64,000 bases of DNA from an uncultured Acidobacteriota bacterium (GTDB lineage Bacteria; Acidobacteriota; Thermoanaerobaculia; Gp7-AA8), in contig CAVUKB010000001.1 of assembly GCA_963741955.1 (NCBI GenBank), positions 384,001 through 448,000 on the forward strand, written 5' to 3'. A program made the translations under genes and the position numbers. The stretch's first letter is position 1, and each line of letters opens with the position of its first letter. Under the pieces are notes generated by a model, which was not told where the DNA came from, made no database searches, and saw only the letters and a list, made by a program, of their open reading frames with translations. Below, piece after piece: positions 27,768-38,399 of the stretch.

Positions 27768-29110
27768 ATGCTCTTGAATTTCCAGTTCCGGATGCGGACG
27801 GTCGGGAGGAGCATCCCGCCGAGAAGATTCCACCAGGCTCCGATCACGCGTCGCTCGGCGGTGATGCCGTCCACGTGCGAGAGCGCCTCGAGCATCGATT
27901 GAGTCCAGCGCAGATTCGGGAGTCGCTTCGTGACGCGTCCGTTCTCGATGAGGAATGTGCCGTCGCGCGTCATCCCGGTCATCAGAGCGATCTTCGGATC
28001 GAGAAGTCCGTTCACGTAGTTGAACCGCGTGACCCAGATGCCACGCTCGGTGGTCCCGATCAACTCCTCCCGGGTCGATGACCCTCCCGCCATCACGAGA
28101 TGGAGTGCGCTCCCGTGGTCATCCGATTCCGGTCCGGAGGAGCTCCCGGTCGGTTGCATTCCGAGGCGGTCGGCCATGATCTTGTCGAGCAGCGGCCCGG
28201 CGATCGTCCCCTCTTCGATCAGCGGAACGCGGCGTTTCGCGAGTCCTTCCAGATCGAACGGGAAGGGGAGGAAGTCCGGATCGGTGGCGTCGTCGGCGAG
28301 AGTGACGGAGGGGTGCACCAGCCGGGTTCCGCGCTGGCCCACGAAGAAGGAGGAGCCGTCTTCATAAGCGTTCCCGCAGAACGTGATTCCGTTCATCCAT
28401 TCGAAGACTTCCGCGAGTGCCGCGGGCTCGAGGATGACGTCGATCGAAGCGGCGTCGAACGGCGCCTTGCGGCCGGCGACCAGGGTGGCTTTTTCCGTCG
28501 CTTCGTCGCCGAGGGCGACGATGTCGACGTCGTGCGCACGCCGGCTCGCGCGGGTGGCGAATCCGGAATCGGAGGGAGAGAGCGCGATCACGATTCCGTC
28601 GGCATGGGTGATGGGGGACCAGCGGCGGATTCCGTGACTGTTCCCCACCGCCACCGACCCTGAAGTCGTGCTGTACGAACCGGCGAACTCCACTTTTTTC
28701 GCGGCGCCGGCGTCGAACATCCGTTTGAGGGCTTCAGCCTTCTCGCGCGGAGCGATGGTGGCGGTCGCCTCGTCCCACGTCTCGAGCGGGAGGACGTCTT
28801 CGTTCGAATCGGAAAGCCCCTTGAACTTCGGGACCGGTTCGCTCCGTTCCGCGGCGCTGAGGGCGATCGCGGCGGTACGGCGGATCTCGTCGATGTCGAG
28901 AGAAGTGGTCGAAGCGATGCCGATGCGCCCTCCCGCGACGACTCGTATGGTGAGGGAGCGGGAGCGCTCGGACATGTTCTGGTGCAAGCTCGAGCTGGCG
29001 AACCGGCTGATGTTGCCGTCGGCGGCGATGAGAATCGCGTCGGCCTCGTCTCCTCCGCAGGAGGCGATCGTGGCATCGAGAATCGAGAGCGCCTCGTCCT
29101 GCGACTGCAT
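27764..29110 (-). CDS. tldE: TldE/PmbA family protein
   Basis: RFASSSLHQN, VILEPAA, FDLEG, TGMTRDGTFLIENG; paired with tldD. Confidence 0.85.
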   Translation of the reverse strand: MQSQDEALSILDATIASCGGDEADAILIAADGNISRFASSSLHQNMSERSRSLTIRVVAGGRIGIASTTSLDIDEIRRTAAIALSAAERSEPVPKFKGLSDSNEDVLPLETWDEATATIAPREKAEALKRMFDAGAAKKVEFAGSYSTTSGSVAVGNSHGIRRWSPITHADGIVIALSPSDSGFATRASRRAHDVDIVALGDEATEKATLVAGRKAPFDAASIDVILEPAALAEVFEWMNGITFCGNAYEDGSSFFVGQRGTRLVHPSVTLADDATDPDFLPFPFDLEGLAKRRVPLIEEGTIAGPLLDKIMADRLGMQPTGSSSGPESDDHGSALHLVMAGGSSTREELIGTTERGIWVTRFNYVNGLLDPKIALMTGMTRDGTFLIENGRVTKRLPNLRWTQSMLEALSHVDGITAERRVIGAWWNLLGGMLLPTVRIRNWKFKSI

Positions 29111-30537
29111 CAGAGCATCTCCACGTTGCGAAAGCGGGCAGCCGGTGCGCCGTGCGCGACCCGCATGGTCTGCATCGGATCTCCCTTGCCGCAGTTGGGG
29201 AGACCCCAGATGCGCCAGCTCGCGGCATTGCCGACCGCGTCACAGGAGCCCCAGAACTCGGGAGTCGACCCGGTATAGATCGGATTGCGAACCATCCGGC
29301 CGATGCGGCCGTTCTCGATCTCCCATCCGACCTCGCAGCCGAACTGAAAGTTGAGCCGCACGTCGTCGATGGACCATGATCGGTTCGTGTCGATCATGAT
29401 CCCGCGGCGGGTGCCGGCAATGATCTCTTCGAGCGGAGCCTCACCCGGCTCGAGATTGATGTTGGTCATCCGGATGATCGGGATGCGGTTGGCCGATTCG
29501 GCGCGGACCGTCCCGTTGGACTTCCGTCCGATGACCGGAGCGGTATCCCGTCCGGTGAGATAGTCGACGAAGATGCCGCGGTCGATGAGCGGAAAGCGTT
29601 GCGCCGGGACCCCTTCGTCGTCGAAGCCGAAGGATCCGATCGACTGAGGGACGGTGGCGTCGGCGACGATGGTCACCAGCTCGGAACCGTACCGGTAGGA
29701 GCCGAGCATCGGCGGCTGGAGGAATGACCCCCCGGCCAGTGAGATCTCCATCCCCAGTGCGCGATCGAGCTCGGTCGGATGACCGCAGCTCTCGTGCACC
29801 TGAAGTGCGAGCTGTGACGATCCGATCACGAGGTCGAAGTGGCCGGCCGGGGCCTTCGGTGCGTCGAGAAGGGCGAGAGCTTCGTCGCGGATGCGCCGTC
29901 CGTTCCCGGCCAGGTCGAGATCTTCGACGAACTCCCAGCCGCGAGCCTGGAAGTCGCCGCCGAAAGGGTTCGGGTAGGTCCGCCGCTGAAACTCGTTCCC
30001 TTTCAGCGCGATCACTTCGATTCCGGCGCCCATCTCAGTCGTCGACTGCTCGATGCGGCTCCCCTCGGTGGAGGCGAAGAGCTTCTCCTGCCGGTATGCG
30101 CTGATCTCGCCGAGGACCTGGTGGATGCGGTCGTCGTCCCGGAGCGGCTCGGTCGCCTGCATCAGGTGATCGATCTTCCGGTCGATCGGGATCGACCAGG
30201 GGTCGACGTGATAGAGAGAGCTCCAGCGGGCGCTGTACGAGTCGACCGGACTCAGTCGGACGGGAGAGGTCGCCGCGATGTGACTCGCCGCCGCGACCTC
30301 GAGGGCACGCTCGGCGGTCGCGTTCAACGTCGCGTCGTCGTCCTCGGTGTCCGCCGCGAAGCCCCAGCCGTTTCCGACCAGCACCCGGATACCTATGGCG
30401 CGGGAGACGGTCGAAGAGAGTTGCTCCACGCTGCCGTTACGGACGCGTACGAGCTGTTCGTACGTGACGGTGGAGCGGACGTCGGCATAGCGTGCGCGCT
30501 CGCGAAGACGCCGGAGGAGCGAGTCGAGATCAGGCAT
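29110..30537 (-). CDS. tldD: TldD metalloprotease
   Basis: LQVHESCGHPTELDR (HExxxH), GFDDEG, RMTN, NCGKG. Confidence 0.92.
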   Translation of the reverse strand: MPDLDSLLRRLRERARYADVRSTVTYEQLVRVRNGSVEQLSSTVSRAIGIRVLVGNGWGFAADTEDDDATLNATAERALEVAAASHIAATSPVRLSPVDSYSARWSSLYHVDPWSIPIDRKIDHLMQATEPLRDDDRIHQVLGEISAYRQEKLFASTEGSRIEQSTTEMGAGIEVIALKGNEFQRRTYPNPFGGDFQARGWEFVEDLDLAGNGRRIRDEALALLDAPKAPAGHFDLVIGSSQLALQVHESCGHPTELDRALGMEISLAGGSFLQPPMLGSYRYGSELVTIVADATVPQSIGSFGFDDEGVPAQRFPLIDRGIFVDYLTGRDTAPVIGRKSNGTVRAESANRIPIIRMTNINLEPGEAPLEEIIAGTRRGIMIDTNRSWSIDDVRLNFQFGCEVGWEIENGRIGRMVRNPIYTGSTPEFWGSCDAVGNAASWRIWGLPNCGKGDPMQTMRVAHGAPAARFRNVEML

Positions 30538-30916
30538 CGCGCCTGCCGCCATAGTAATTGCAGCGCGACGAGCAGGTTTCCTCGATGGTCACACGGTAGA
30601 GGCCCGGAAGGTACGAGTGGAGCTGATTCCAGAGCCAGACGGTGAGCGTCTCCGAGGTCGGGTTCTCCAGTCCCTCGATCTCGTTGAGAAGGTAGTGATC
30701 GAGCCGGTCCAGAACCGGCCGCAGGATAGCTTTGAGCTCTCCGAAATCGATCAGCCACCCGGTGTGCGGATCGACCGGACCGCGCACTGCGAGCTCTCCC
30801 CGGAACGAGTGCCCGTGCATGCGGCGGCACTTGTGGGAGTCGGGGAGATTCGGAAGGTAGTGTGCGGCTTCGAAGCGAAAGTCTTTGACAAGCTCGACGA
30901 AATCGTTTTCCATCAT
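30530..30916 (-). CDS. queD: 6-carboxy-5,6,7,8-tetrahydropterin synthase
   Basis: FEAAH...HKCRRMHGHSF...LDHYLLN...LENPTSE...EET. Confidence 0.95.
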   Translation of the reverse strand: MMENDFVELVKDFRFEAAHYLPNLPDSHKCRRMHGHSFRGELAVRGPVDPHTGWLIDFGELKAILRPVLDRLDHYLLNEIEGLENPTSETLTVWLWNQLHSYLPGLYRVTIEETCSSRCNYYGGRRDA

Positions 30917-30968
30917 GAAGTTCCGGATCGGAACCGCCCGCTGCGGGAGAACCGATCGCTCCAAAATA

Positions 30969-30984
30969 GGGCATTGGAATTGCT
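30969..30984 (+). promoter_or_regulatory. Sigma-54 -24/-12 promoter
   Basis: GGGCATTGGAATTGCT (GG-N10-GC). Confidence 0.55.
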
Positions 30985-30997
30985 CTGACAAGGGTGC

Positions 30998-31423
30998 ATG
31001 GCCACCTTGCATGAAATGATGACACACGATAAATCACTCGGCTTTCTGGTTCGGGAGTTGAGCGAGGATCTGTCGACGCTGGTGCGCAGCGAAGTGGCGC
31101 TGGCGAAGATCGAGCTGAAGCAGACTGCGACCGGGCTGGGCATGGTCGCGGCGTTTTTCGGCGTCGCGCTCATGTGTGCGCTCGGGGCGATGGCGTTCTT
31201 CTTCGTTACGGCAGTGCTCCTCCTGGGGCTGGTTCTTCCGTACTGGCTCTCGGCGTTGATCCTCGCAGGGGCACTCCTGCTGATCGCCGCCGGAGTGGCG
31301 CTGGTCGGGGTGAAGAAATTCTCTTCCATCGAATTCGCTCCGAACGATACGATCGAGAATGTGAAAGAGGACGTGAAAACGATCCGCAGCAGCATCAAAC
31401 GATCCGAGGAAGAGAGGTTCTGA
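30998..31423 (+). CDS. Phage holin-like / YqjE family membrane protein
   Basis: SLGFLVRELSEDLSTLVRSEVALAKIEL, 2 TM segments, P..TIENVKEDV. Confidence 0.85.
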   Translation: MATLHEMMTHDKSLGFLVRELSEDLSTLVRSEVALAKIELKQTATGLGMVAAFFGVALMCALGAMAFFFVTAVLLLGLVLPYWLSALILAGALLLIAAGVALVGVKKFSSIEFAPNDTIENVKEDVKTIRSSIKRSEEERF

Positions 31424-31426
31424 TCC

Positions 31427-31714
31427 ATGGCAGCTGCCCACGAGGAAGTCAAGGCTCACATCGAGCACACCATCGAGCGCGCGCGGCAGGGAGTGACCGA
31501 GCACGTGGACGAGATCGACCGGCGGCTCCGGAAGGATCTCGACGTGAACAGGCTCGCGGGCGAGCATGCTCCGCAGCTGATCGCGGCCGGAGTCGGAGTC
31601 GGTTTTCTGTTCGGTTTCGGTGTTCCGAAGGTGCTTCTTCGCACCATCCAGATCGGCGTTCCACTGCTGATCGCGGTCCAGATCGCCCGCAAGCAGCTCG
31701 GCGAGTCCGTCTGA
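31427..31714 (+). CDS. DUF3618-like small membrane-associated protein
   Basis: IERARQGVTEHVDEIDRRL plus hydrophobic C-terminus; follows the holin-like gene. Confidence 0.65.
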   Translation: MAAAHEEVKAHIEHTIERARQGVTEHVDEIDRRLRKDLDVNRLAGEHAPQLIAAGVGVGFLFGFGVPKVLLRTIQIGVPLLIAVQIARKQLGESV

Positions 31715-31735
31715 GTCCTCGCTTCCGTCCGTGCA

Positions 31736-32830
31736 TCAGTCCGACCGCAGCACGTAGTGATTGCCGGGCAGAGCCCTCACCACTCCTTTCATCTCCAGGT
31801 TGAGCAGAGCCTCCGCGAGCTCGGAAGTGGAGCGGCGGTAGACAGCCGCGATCCGGTCGACGTGGATCGGATCGACCATCGACAGAAGAGGGACGATCTC
31901 CCGTTCCGAGGGCGCGAGCTTCAGGGTGGAGGGACCGGAACCGGGCGGGGTCAGGTCAGCAAATTCGTCGAAGACGTCGGCCATCTCGTGCACGAGCTTC
32001 GCCCCGGACTGGATCAGCCGGTGGGTTCCGGCGCTCCCGGCCGAGAAGATCGGTCCCGGTACCGCGAATACCTCGCGCCCCTCGTCGAGGGCGATGCGCG
32101 CGGTGATCAGCGATCCGCTCTTGAGTCCCGCTTCGACCACGATCGTTCCGCGCGACATTCCGGCGATGATCCGGTTGCGGACGGGAAAGTTCCGCGGATG
32201 GGGAGGTGTCGAAGCCGGGAGCTCGGTGAGTACGAGCCCCTCTGCCGCGATCCGGTCGTAGAGGCGACGGTTCGATCGCGGATAGCAGACGTCGATCCCG
32301 GTGCCGAGAACGGCGGCCGTCGTTCCTCCCGCATCCAGCGCGGCTTCGTGAGCGGCGGCGTCGATTCCCGTCGCAAGCCCCGACACCACCACGATTCCGG
32401 CCCGGGCGAGATCGCGCGCCAGCCGCCGGACGACGTTGATTCCATACGGTGACGCACGCCGGGATCCGACCATGGCGATGGCCGGCAGCCGGAGTATGGA
32501 AGGGTCACCGCGGAAGTGAAGCGCGGGGGGAGGGTCGGGAGTCTCTCGCAGAAGGGAAGGGTAGATCTCGTCGGCCAGAGTGAGGGTGCTCTCCCGAAGT
32601 TGCTCGATCCGTTTCCGGAATTCGGGGAGTTGTAACGGATCCTTGACCAGCGCGGCCTCGACACCTGTTACATTCAGAAGCATCGAGATTTCAGTGGAAG
32701 CGGATTTGCAGACCTCGGCGAGAGGATCGAATCTCTCATACAGCAGACGCAATCGGGTCGGGGTCAGAAACGTGAGAAGCGACCAGCCGATCAGCTGATC
32801 ACGGGCAATCCGGACCGTCGTATCCGTCAT
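31736..32830 (-). CDS. dprA: DNA processing protein DprA
   Basis: VGSRRAS, VVSGLATGID, FPVRNRII, VEAGLKSGSLITA. Confidence 0.95.
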   Translation of the reverse strand: MTDTTVRIARDQLIGWSLLTFLTPTRLRLLYERFDPLAEVCKSASTEISMLLNVTGVEAALVKDPLQLPEFRKRIEQLRESTLTLADEIYPSLLRETPDPPPALHFRGDPSILRLPAIAMVGSRRASPYGINVVRRLARDLARAGIVVVSGLATGIDAAAHEAALDAGGTTAAVLGTGIDVCYPRSNRRLYDRIAAEGLVLTELPASTPPHPRNFPVRNRIIAGMSRGTIVVEAGLKSGSLITARIALDEGREVFAVPGPIFSAGSAGTHRLIQSGAKLVHEMADVFDEFADLTPPGSGPSTLKLAPSEREIVPLLSMVDPIHVDRIAAVYRRSTSELAEALLNLEMKGVVRALPGNHYVLRSD

Positions 32831-33000
32831 ATTCGTGGATGACAGGGGGAGGCCGGACAGTCGTTGTTAAGCGGGCTCGAGGCATTATAATCCCCTTGCC
32901 TGAACAGTTGAAGTCCCGTCGAAGCAGACGCGTTGGAATCTGAGATCGCGCTGCTCGGCACGTTGAGAAGCTCACCGTTATCGCCGGAAGGAGACTTCGG

Positions 33001-33720
33001 ATGTCACGTGCTCTTCGCTTCGCCGCGCTCGGGATCTGTTCTCTCCTCTGCGTCAGCGGCTGTTCGCACCGGCTCGATCTGAGCCGACCCTCCACCCAGA
33101 TGCGCGTTGGCGTGGACTTCGCCCGGAAGGATCTGTGGCGAGAAGCGCTGTTTCGTTTCCACCGCGCCAGTGAGCTCGACTCGAACGACGCGATGATCCT
33201 GAACGATCTGGCCGTTGCGTACGAGGCGAACGGCGATTTCGAGAAGGCGAAGGCGACATACGGGAAAGCACTGGAGCTGGATCGCTCCAATCCTTACATC
33301 CAGAAGAATTACAGCCGCTTCGTCGAGTTCTACTCGCGCAGCCTGAAACGGGAAAAGGCGGCGGCGGAAGCGACGCCGGGTTCCGCGAAGACTCCTCCCG
33401 CGGAGAAGACCCCTCCTCCCGCGGAAGCCCCGCCGTCGGGCACACCGCAGGTTCCCCCCGCGACGAGCGCGACGCCCCCCGGAGGTGAAGCGGCGCCTCC
33501 TTCGTCTTCCGCGCCGCCGGCTCCGGTACCGGAAAAGGAGAGCCCTCCCCCGGTGCAGACCCCTCCGCCCCCGGATCAGAGCCCCGAGAATCAACCGCAG
33601 CCGGTGAAACCACCGGCGCAGACCCCTCCGCCTTCTCAGAACCCGCCGCCGGTACCGACTCCTCCGCCCCCTGCGGGCGGGACGCAGAGCTCTTTCACGA
33701 TTCCAGGAGGTGTGGAGTGA
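33001..33720 (+). CDS. TPR lipoprotein with Pro-rich C-terminal tail
   Basis: Lipobox VSGC, TPR-like NDLAVAYEANGDFEKA, low-complexity Pro tail. Confidence 0.8.
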   Translation: MSRALRFAALGICSLLCVSGCSHRLDLSRPSTQMRVGVDFARKDLWREALFRFHRASELDSNDAMILNDLAVAYEANGDFEKAKATYGKALELDRSNPYIQKNYSRFVEFYSRSLKREKAAAEATPGSAKTPPAEKTPPPAEAPPSGTPQVPPATSATPPGGEAAPPSSSAPPAPVPEKESPPPVQTPPPPDQSPENQPQPVKPPAQTPPPSQNPPPVPTPPPPAGGTQSSFTIPGGVE

Positions 33721-34409
33721 TCCGTCGACTGGCAGCCGTCGTTGTTGTCGCTCTCTTCCCGGTGCTCGCGGGTGCGGGCGTGATCGAAGTGACCATGAAG
33801 TTGCCGGTCAAACCCCGGATCAACATAAGCGGGAACGAGAAGGTCGCGATCGCTCCCTTCGTCCTCGTCTCCCATCAGGAGGAGCGCGGCGACGACCGTG
33901 CGGCGCGTGTCGACGTCCAGGCCGAGTTCTCTCGCTTCCTCCACAAGCAGTTGTCGAAATCGACTCAGCTGCGGATCGTCGACGTCGGGACCACCAAGCT
34001 GCCCGGCAACGACATGAAGGAGCTCGAGGCGAACCGTGACTACTGGAAGGAGCTCGGGGCGAAGACCGGCGCCGACATCATCATCTCCGGGGTGATCGAT
34101 TTCGACATCCAGGACAAAGCCGGGTATCGAACCGAGGAGTACGTGTCGCCCGTCGACCAGAGGACGTATTACCGGCAGGTGCTGGTCGAGTCGACCGGAT
34201 TCGTCTTCGACATCGTCTTCGCGGTGTTCGACGCGGACACGGGGGAGAAGCTGGTGGAAGAGAACTTCCGCGACTTCAAACAGTTCGATCAGCGCAATTA
34301 CGACGAGATCCTCGGGCTGTTCGAAAATCTCCGTTCACTCGAAAGCCAGATTCTCGGGATATTCGTGTCCCAGGACACTTCGGCCGCCCGATACCTCTTC
34401 ACCCGATGA
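33717..34409 (+). CDS. Secreted hypothetical protein (CsgG/TolB-N-like)
   Basis: Signal peptide, VAIAPF...ELGAKTGADIIISG. Confidence 0.65.
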   Translation: MIRRLAAVVVVALFPVLAGAGVIEVTMKLPVKPRINISGNEKVAIAPFVLVSHQEERGDDRAARVDVQAEFSRFLHKQLSKSTQLRIVDVGTTKLPGNDMKELEANRDYWKELGAKTGADIIISGVIDFDIQDKAGYRTEEYVSPVDQRTYYRQVLVESTGFVFDIVFAVFDADTGEKLVEENFRDFKQFDQRNYDEILGLFENLRSLESQILGIFVSQDTSAARYLFTR

Positions 34410-34506
34410 GGCGCCGAGCCGCGGAAGTACGGAGTCGCTTCGTCGATCGTCCGCCGGAGACGTCGTCTCGAGTCGCAGTGTGCAGCCAGAACTCATGGAG
34501 GTCCGT

Positions 34507-37464
34507 GTGAAACGCTCGATCGCACTCATCCTGATTTCGCTCGCCATGCTCGCTCTGCCGGGCTCTCTTTTCGCGTTCGGCAAGAACAAGATCGTGTACG
34601 ACGAGTTCGACTGGCGGATCTATCATTCGACTCATTTCGACGTCTATTACTACGACGAAGAGAAACCGTCACTGCAGAAGGTGGTGAACCTCGCCGAGAG
34701 CGCGTACGACGAGCTCTCGAGAAAGTTCAACTTCCAGATCTCGAAGAAGATCCCGATCATCTTCTACGCCACGCATTCCGCGTTCGAGCAGAACAACATC
34801 GAGCTCTCCTTCATCCCGGAAGGTGTCGGCGCTTTCGCCGAACCGGTGAAGGATCGGATGGTGCTTCCGATCGACATGCCGGACGAGAAACTCTATGCCC
34901 TGATCAAACACGAGATGACGCACGTGTTCGAGTACGAGATCCTCTTCCAGGGGAAATTCGCGAAGGAAATGACCAGCCGTCCCCCGACCTGGCTGATGGA
35001 AGGTCTGGCGTCGTTCATGGGATCGGACGAGGATTCCCGCGACCGGATGGTGCTGCGCGATGCGGTGGTCAACGATCAGGTTCCTTCGATCACCCAGGAT
35101 TTCGGTGGATACTTCGCGTACCGCTTCGGCCACGCGGTGTTCCGTTACATCGTGGATCGTTACGGGTGGGACGGGCTGCGTGACTTCATCTACGAATACC
35201 GGAACACGCTCGGCAGCTCTCTCGCCAAGCCTCTGAAGCGAGCCTTCGACGTCACTCCCGAGGAGTTCGACAGCCAGTTCCGCACCTGGCTCCGGAAACA
35301 GTATCTCCCCGCACTGGTGGCGAAGGGGGAGCCGCTCGAATACGGGAAGCCGTTCAAGATCGCGGAAGGCGTCCAGGACCAGGACATGTCACCGGTTCCT
35401 GCACCGTCGGGTGACCTTCTCGCCGCGCTCACGACATACAAAGAGGATGCGGACGTCGGATTGTTCAACGTGCCAGAGCGGAAGCTGCTCCGGAATCTGA
35501 CCCGCGGTTACGCCGATCAGTACGAGTACATCGTGGCCCAGGCGCTCACCACCGGGCCGGTGATGGGGCGTGACGTCGGATTCAGTCCGAACGGGGACCA
35601 GATCGCGGTCTTCGTGAAGAAGGAGCGGGGACGCAGTCTGCTGCTGATCAACGCTCTCTCCGGCGCGATCGAGCGGATCATCCCGATGAAGGGGGTCGAG
35701 CAGCAGCTGAATCCGACCTACTCCCCGGACGGGACGAAGATCGCGTTCCATGCATTCCAGGGAGATCGTGCCGACATTTTCACCTACGACCTGCAGACCG
35801 GTGACATCGCGAACCTGACCAACGACGCGTTCTTCGACGCCGCGCCGGTCTATTCGCCGGACGGAAAGTCGATCGTCTATTCATCGGTAGTGGACGGATA
35901 CGCGAAGCTCTTCCGGATCGACCTGACCGACACGTCGAAGCGGTACCAGCTCACCACCGGCGACTGGAACGACATCGACGCCTGGTTCTCCCCGGACGGG
36001 AAACGGATCTTCTACGCCTCCGATCGACAGACCGGGCGAGCCGCTGCCGTTGCCAGCCAGCTGGCGGAGAGAACGCCGGGAACGAATACGTCGGAAGCGG
36101 AGGAGAAGGCAAACAAGATCGATCCGTCGAACTTCGCCACGTACAACATTTATTCGCTGAATCTCGGCTCCGGAGAAGTGCTCGAATACACCGACGTGGT
36201 CGGCGGCTGCTTCACGCCGGTGGTCTTCACCGGCGAGGGAGGAGAAGAGAAGCTCGTCTTCGCGTCGTATTACAAGCGGCAGTGGCAGCTCTACATCACG
36301 GACACCTCGAAGTCGCTCCGGGTCGCGGAGCGGATCGCCATCCCGTCACAGCCACTCCTGCCCGGAGAGCGTTCGCAGTTCCTTCCGCCGGTCGAAGTCG
36401 CGATCGATCCGGACAAGAGCGAGAACTACGGCGGCCACAAAATGTTCATCGAGGACGTCGAGGTGAACGCCGGCGTCGCTTCCGACCAGACCTTCGTCTC
36501 GCGATCGGTGATCTTCATGAGCGACATGCTCGGCAACCGCCGGCTGGTCGCGGCTCTCGACTCGGTCTCGACTTTTTCGAATTTCGATTTCCTCTACTTC
36601 GACATGACTCACCGCACCAACTGGGGCGTGCGCCTCTTCGACGACCGCACGTTCTTCGTCACCCAGAATCCGGAGCGCGGAAATCTGACCCGGGAGCGGA
36701 CGCTGTACCGGCAGACCGGACTGATCGGGCTGGTCAGCTATCCCTTCGATCGCTATCACCGCGTCGATACCGGAGTGGGCTACATGTTGCGGGACTACTC
36801 CTTCCCGTTCCTTCAGCAGAATCCGGACGGCACCGTCGATCTGAACTTCCTCTCCCGGAGTGACAACTTCCCCCTGGCGACTGCATCCTTCACCGGTGAC
36901 AGCACGCGGTTCAAACAGTTCGGTCCGATCTCCGGAAGGCGCTACGAAGCGAGTACCACCTATGCGCTCGACACGAAAGATGGAGGCGCTCTTTCCAACG
37001 ACTACACCCTCGATTTTCGGCAGTACCTGCAGCTCAGCTCACGCTCTCTTCTCGCCATGCGCGTCTTCGGCGGCTACTCCGAAGGGAACTTCCCGAACTT
37101 CTACTACTTCGGAGGTCTGAATACGCTCAGGGGATACGACTTCCGTTCCTTCGTCGGGAATCGGGCCTTCTTCGGGAACTTCGAATATCGCTTCCCGCTG
37201 ATCGATTACCTGATCAGCCCATACCTTCGTCTGCGGGACATCCGAGGTTCGCTTTTCTTCGACGTCGGGGGGGCGTACTTCAACGGCCAGCCGTTCACGT
37301 TCATGGAGAACCGGCAGCTCCAGGATGCGAAGGCGGCAGTGGGGTACGGGATCTCGTTCGATCTCTTCGGTCTCGAGCTTCACTGGGATTTTGCGAGAAG
37401 AACGGATCTGAAGAATATCGACAACCAATTCAGAACCACGTTCTGGATCGGACCGACATTCTGA
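34507..37464 (+). CDS. Omp85/BamA-family barrel protein with N-terminal HExxH peptidase-like domain and PD40 beta-propeller
   Basis: FGKNKIVY, KHEMTH...WLMEGLA, repeated SPDG, GGLNTLRGY, C-terminal F. Confidence 0.85.
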   Translation: MKRSIALILISLAMLALPGSLFAFGKNKIVYDEFDWRIYHSTHFDVYYYDEEKPSLQKVVNLAESAYDELSRKFNFQISKKIPIIFYATHSAFEQNNIELSFIPEGVGAFAEPVKDRMVLPIDMPDEKLYALIKHEMTHVFEYEILFQGKFAKEMTSRPPTWLMEGLASFMGSDEDSRDRMVLRDAVVNDQVPSITQDFGGYFAYRFGHAVFRYIVDRYGWDGLRDFIYEYRNTLGSSLAKPLKRAFDVTPEEFDSQFRTWLRKQYLPALVAKGEPLEYGKPFKIAEGVQDQDMSPVPAPSGDLLAALTTYKEDADVGLFNVPERKLLRNLTRGYADQYEYIVAQALTTGPVMGRDVGFSPNGDQIAVFVKKERGRSLLLINALSGAIERIIPMKGVEQQLNPTYSPDGTKIAFHAFQGDRADIFTYDLQTGDIANLTNDAFFDAAPVYSPDGKSIVYSSVVDGYAKLFRIDLTDTSKRYQLTTGDWNDIDAWFSPDGKRIFYASDRQTGRAAAVASQLAERTPGTNTSEAEEKANKIDPSNFATYNIYSLNLGSGEVLEYTDVVGGCFTPVVFTGEGGEEKLVFASYYKRQWQLYITDTSKSLRVAERIAIPSQPLLPGERSQFLPPVEVAIDPDKSENYGGHKMFIEDVEVNAGVASDQTFVSRSVIFMSDMLGNRRLVAALDSVSTFSNFDFLYFDMTHRTNWGVRLFDDRTFFVTQNPERGNLTRERTLYRQTGLIGLVSYPFDRYHRVDTGVGYMLRDYSFPFLQQNPDGTVDLNFLSRSDNFPLATASFTGDSTRFKQFGPISGRRYEASTTYALDTKDGGALSNDYTLDFRQYLQLSSRSLLAMRVFGGYSEGNFPNFYYFGGLNTLRGYDFRSFVGNRAFFGNFEYRFPLIDYLISPYLRLRDIRGSLFFDVGGAYFNGQPFTFMENRQLQDAKAAVGYGISFDLFGLELHWDFARRTDLKNIDNQFRTTFWIGPTF

Positions 37465-37634
37465 TCTCCGGAGCCCGCGAATGATTCGTCCGGCCGCGCC
37501 CTCCGGGGCGGCTCGCTCCCGCCTCGGGTTCGCGGTCGCTCGATCGTCCGGTCGTGTATGATTGGGTAAATCGCACGCGATCGAATCGATATCGGGGCGG
37601 ATCCGGTTCCAATGCCGGATCCGGGTGGGTGCGC

Positions 37635-38399
37635 ATGGATCTGCGGATTCTCGGCTGTTTCGGAGGGGCTCTTCCCGGCCACCGGACGACGAACTTTCTC
37701 GTCAACCGGCACACGGCGATCGATGCCGGTGCGCTCGCTCACGCGCTCACGTTCGACGAACAGCGGTCCCTGCGACACGTGCTGATCACTCACGCGCATC
37801 TCGATCACACCGGTGGACTCCCGTTCGTCGTCGACAACGTGTTCGGCCAGCAGGAAAAGCCGCTGGACGTTTACTCGATTTCCCCGGTGATCGAGTCGAT
37901 GAAGCGGCACCTGTTCAACGACGATACCTGGCCGGACTTCTCGAAATTGCCGACCGAGAAGAATCCGGTTCTCCGTTTCCACGAGATCGAGGCAGGGAAG
38001 CCGTTCGAGATCGAGGGAGTGCGCTATACCGCCATACCGGTCAACCACATCGTTCCGTGCGTCGGTTATCTGATCGATGGCGGAGCGTCGTCGGTGCTTT
38101 TCAGCAGCGACACCGGTCCGTGCCCGGCGCTCTACGAGCGCGCGAATGCGGTTCCGAATCTTCGAGCGCTGATCACCGAGGTGTCTTTTCCGAACTCCAT
38201 GCAGGACATCGCGGATCTTTCGCGGCATCTCACTCCGCGAGGTCTGGCTCGGGAGCTCGCGCAACTCGAGCGGCGGGTCGACGTTCTTCTCTACCATCTG
38301 AAGCCGCCGTTCGTCGAGACACTCCACGCCGAGGTTCACGAGCTCGGTCTCGATTTCGTCCGTTGCCTCGATCAGGACGCGACGTATACGTTCGAGTGA
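37635..38399 (+). CDS. 3',5'-cyclic-nucleotide phosphodiesterase (metallo-beta-lactamase fold)
   Basis: ILGCFGG, IDAG, THAHLDH, FNDDTWPDF, EVSFPN, HLTP, HLKP. Confidence 0.88.
   Translation: MDLRILGCFGGALPGHRTTNFLVNRHTAIDAGALAHALTFDEQRSLRHVLITHAHLDHTGGLPFVVDNVFGQQEKPLDVYSISPVIESMKRHLFNDDTWPDFSKLPTEKNPVLRFHEIEAGKPFEIEGVRYTAIPVNHIVPCVGYLIDGGASSVLFSSDTGPCPALYERANAVPNLRALITEVSFPNSMQDIADLSRHLTPRGLARELAQLERRVDVLLYHLKPPFVETLHAEVHELGLDFVRCLDQDATYTFE

Noticed and set aside
30998-31423. Prophage lysis gene
   Set aside because: The holin-like (YqjE-type) family is chromosomal here, with no endolysin or phage genes nearby
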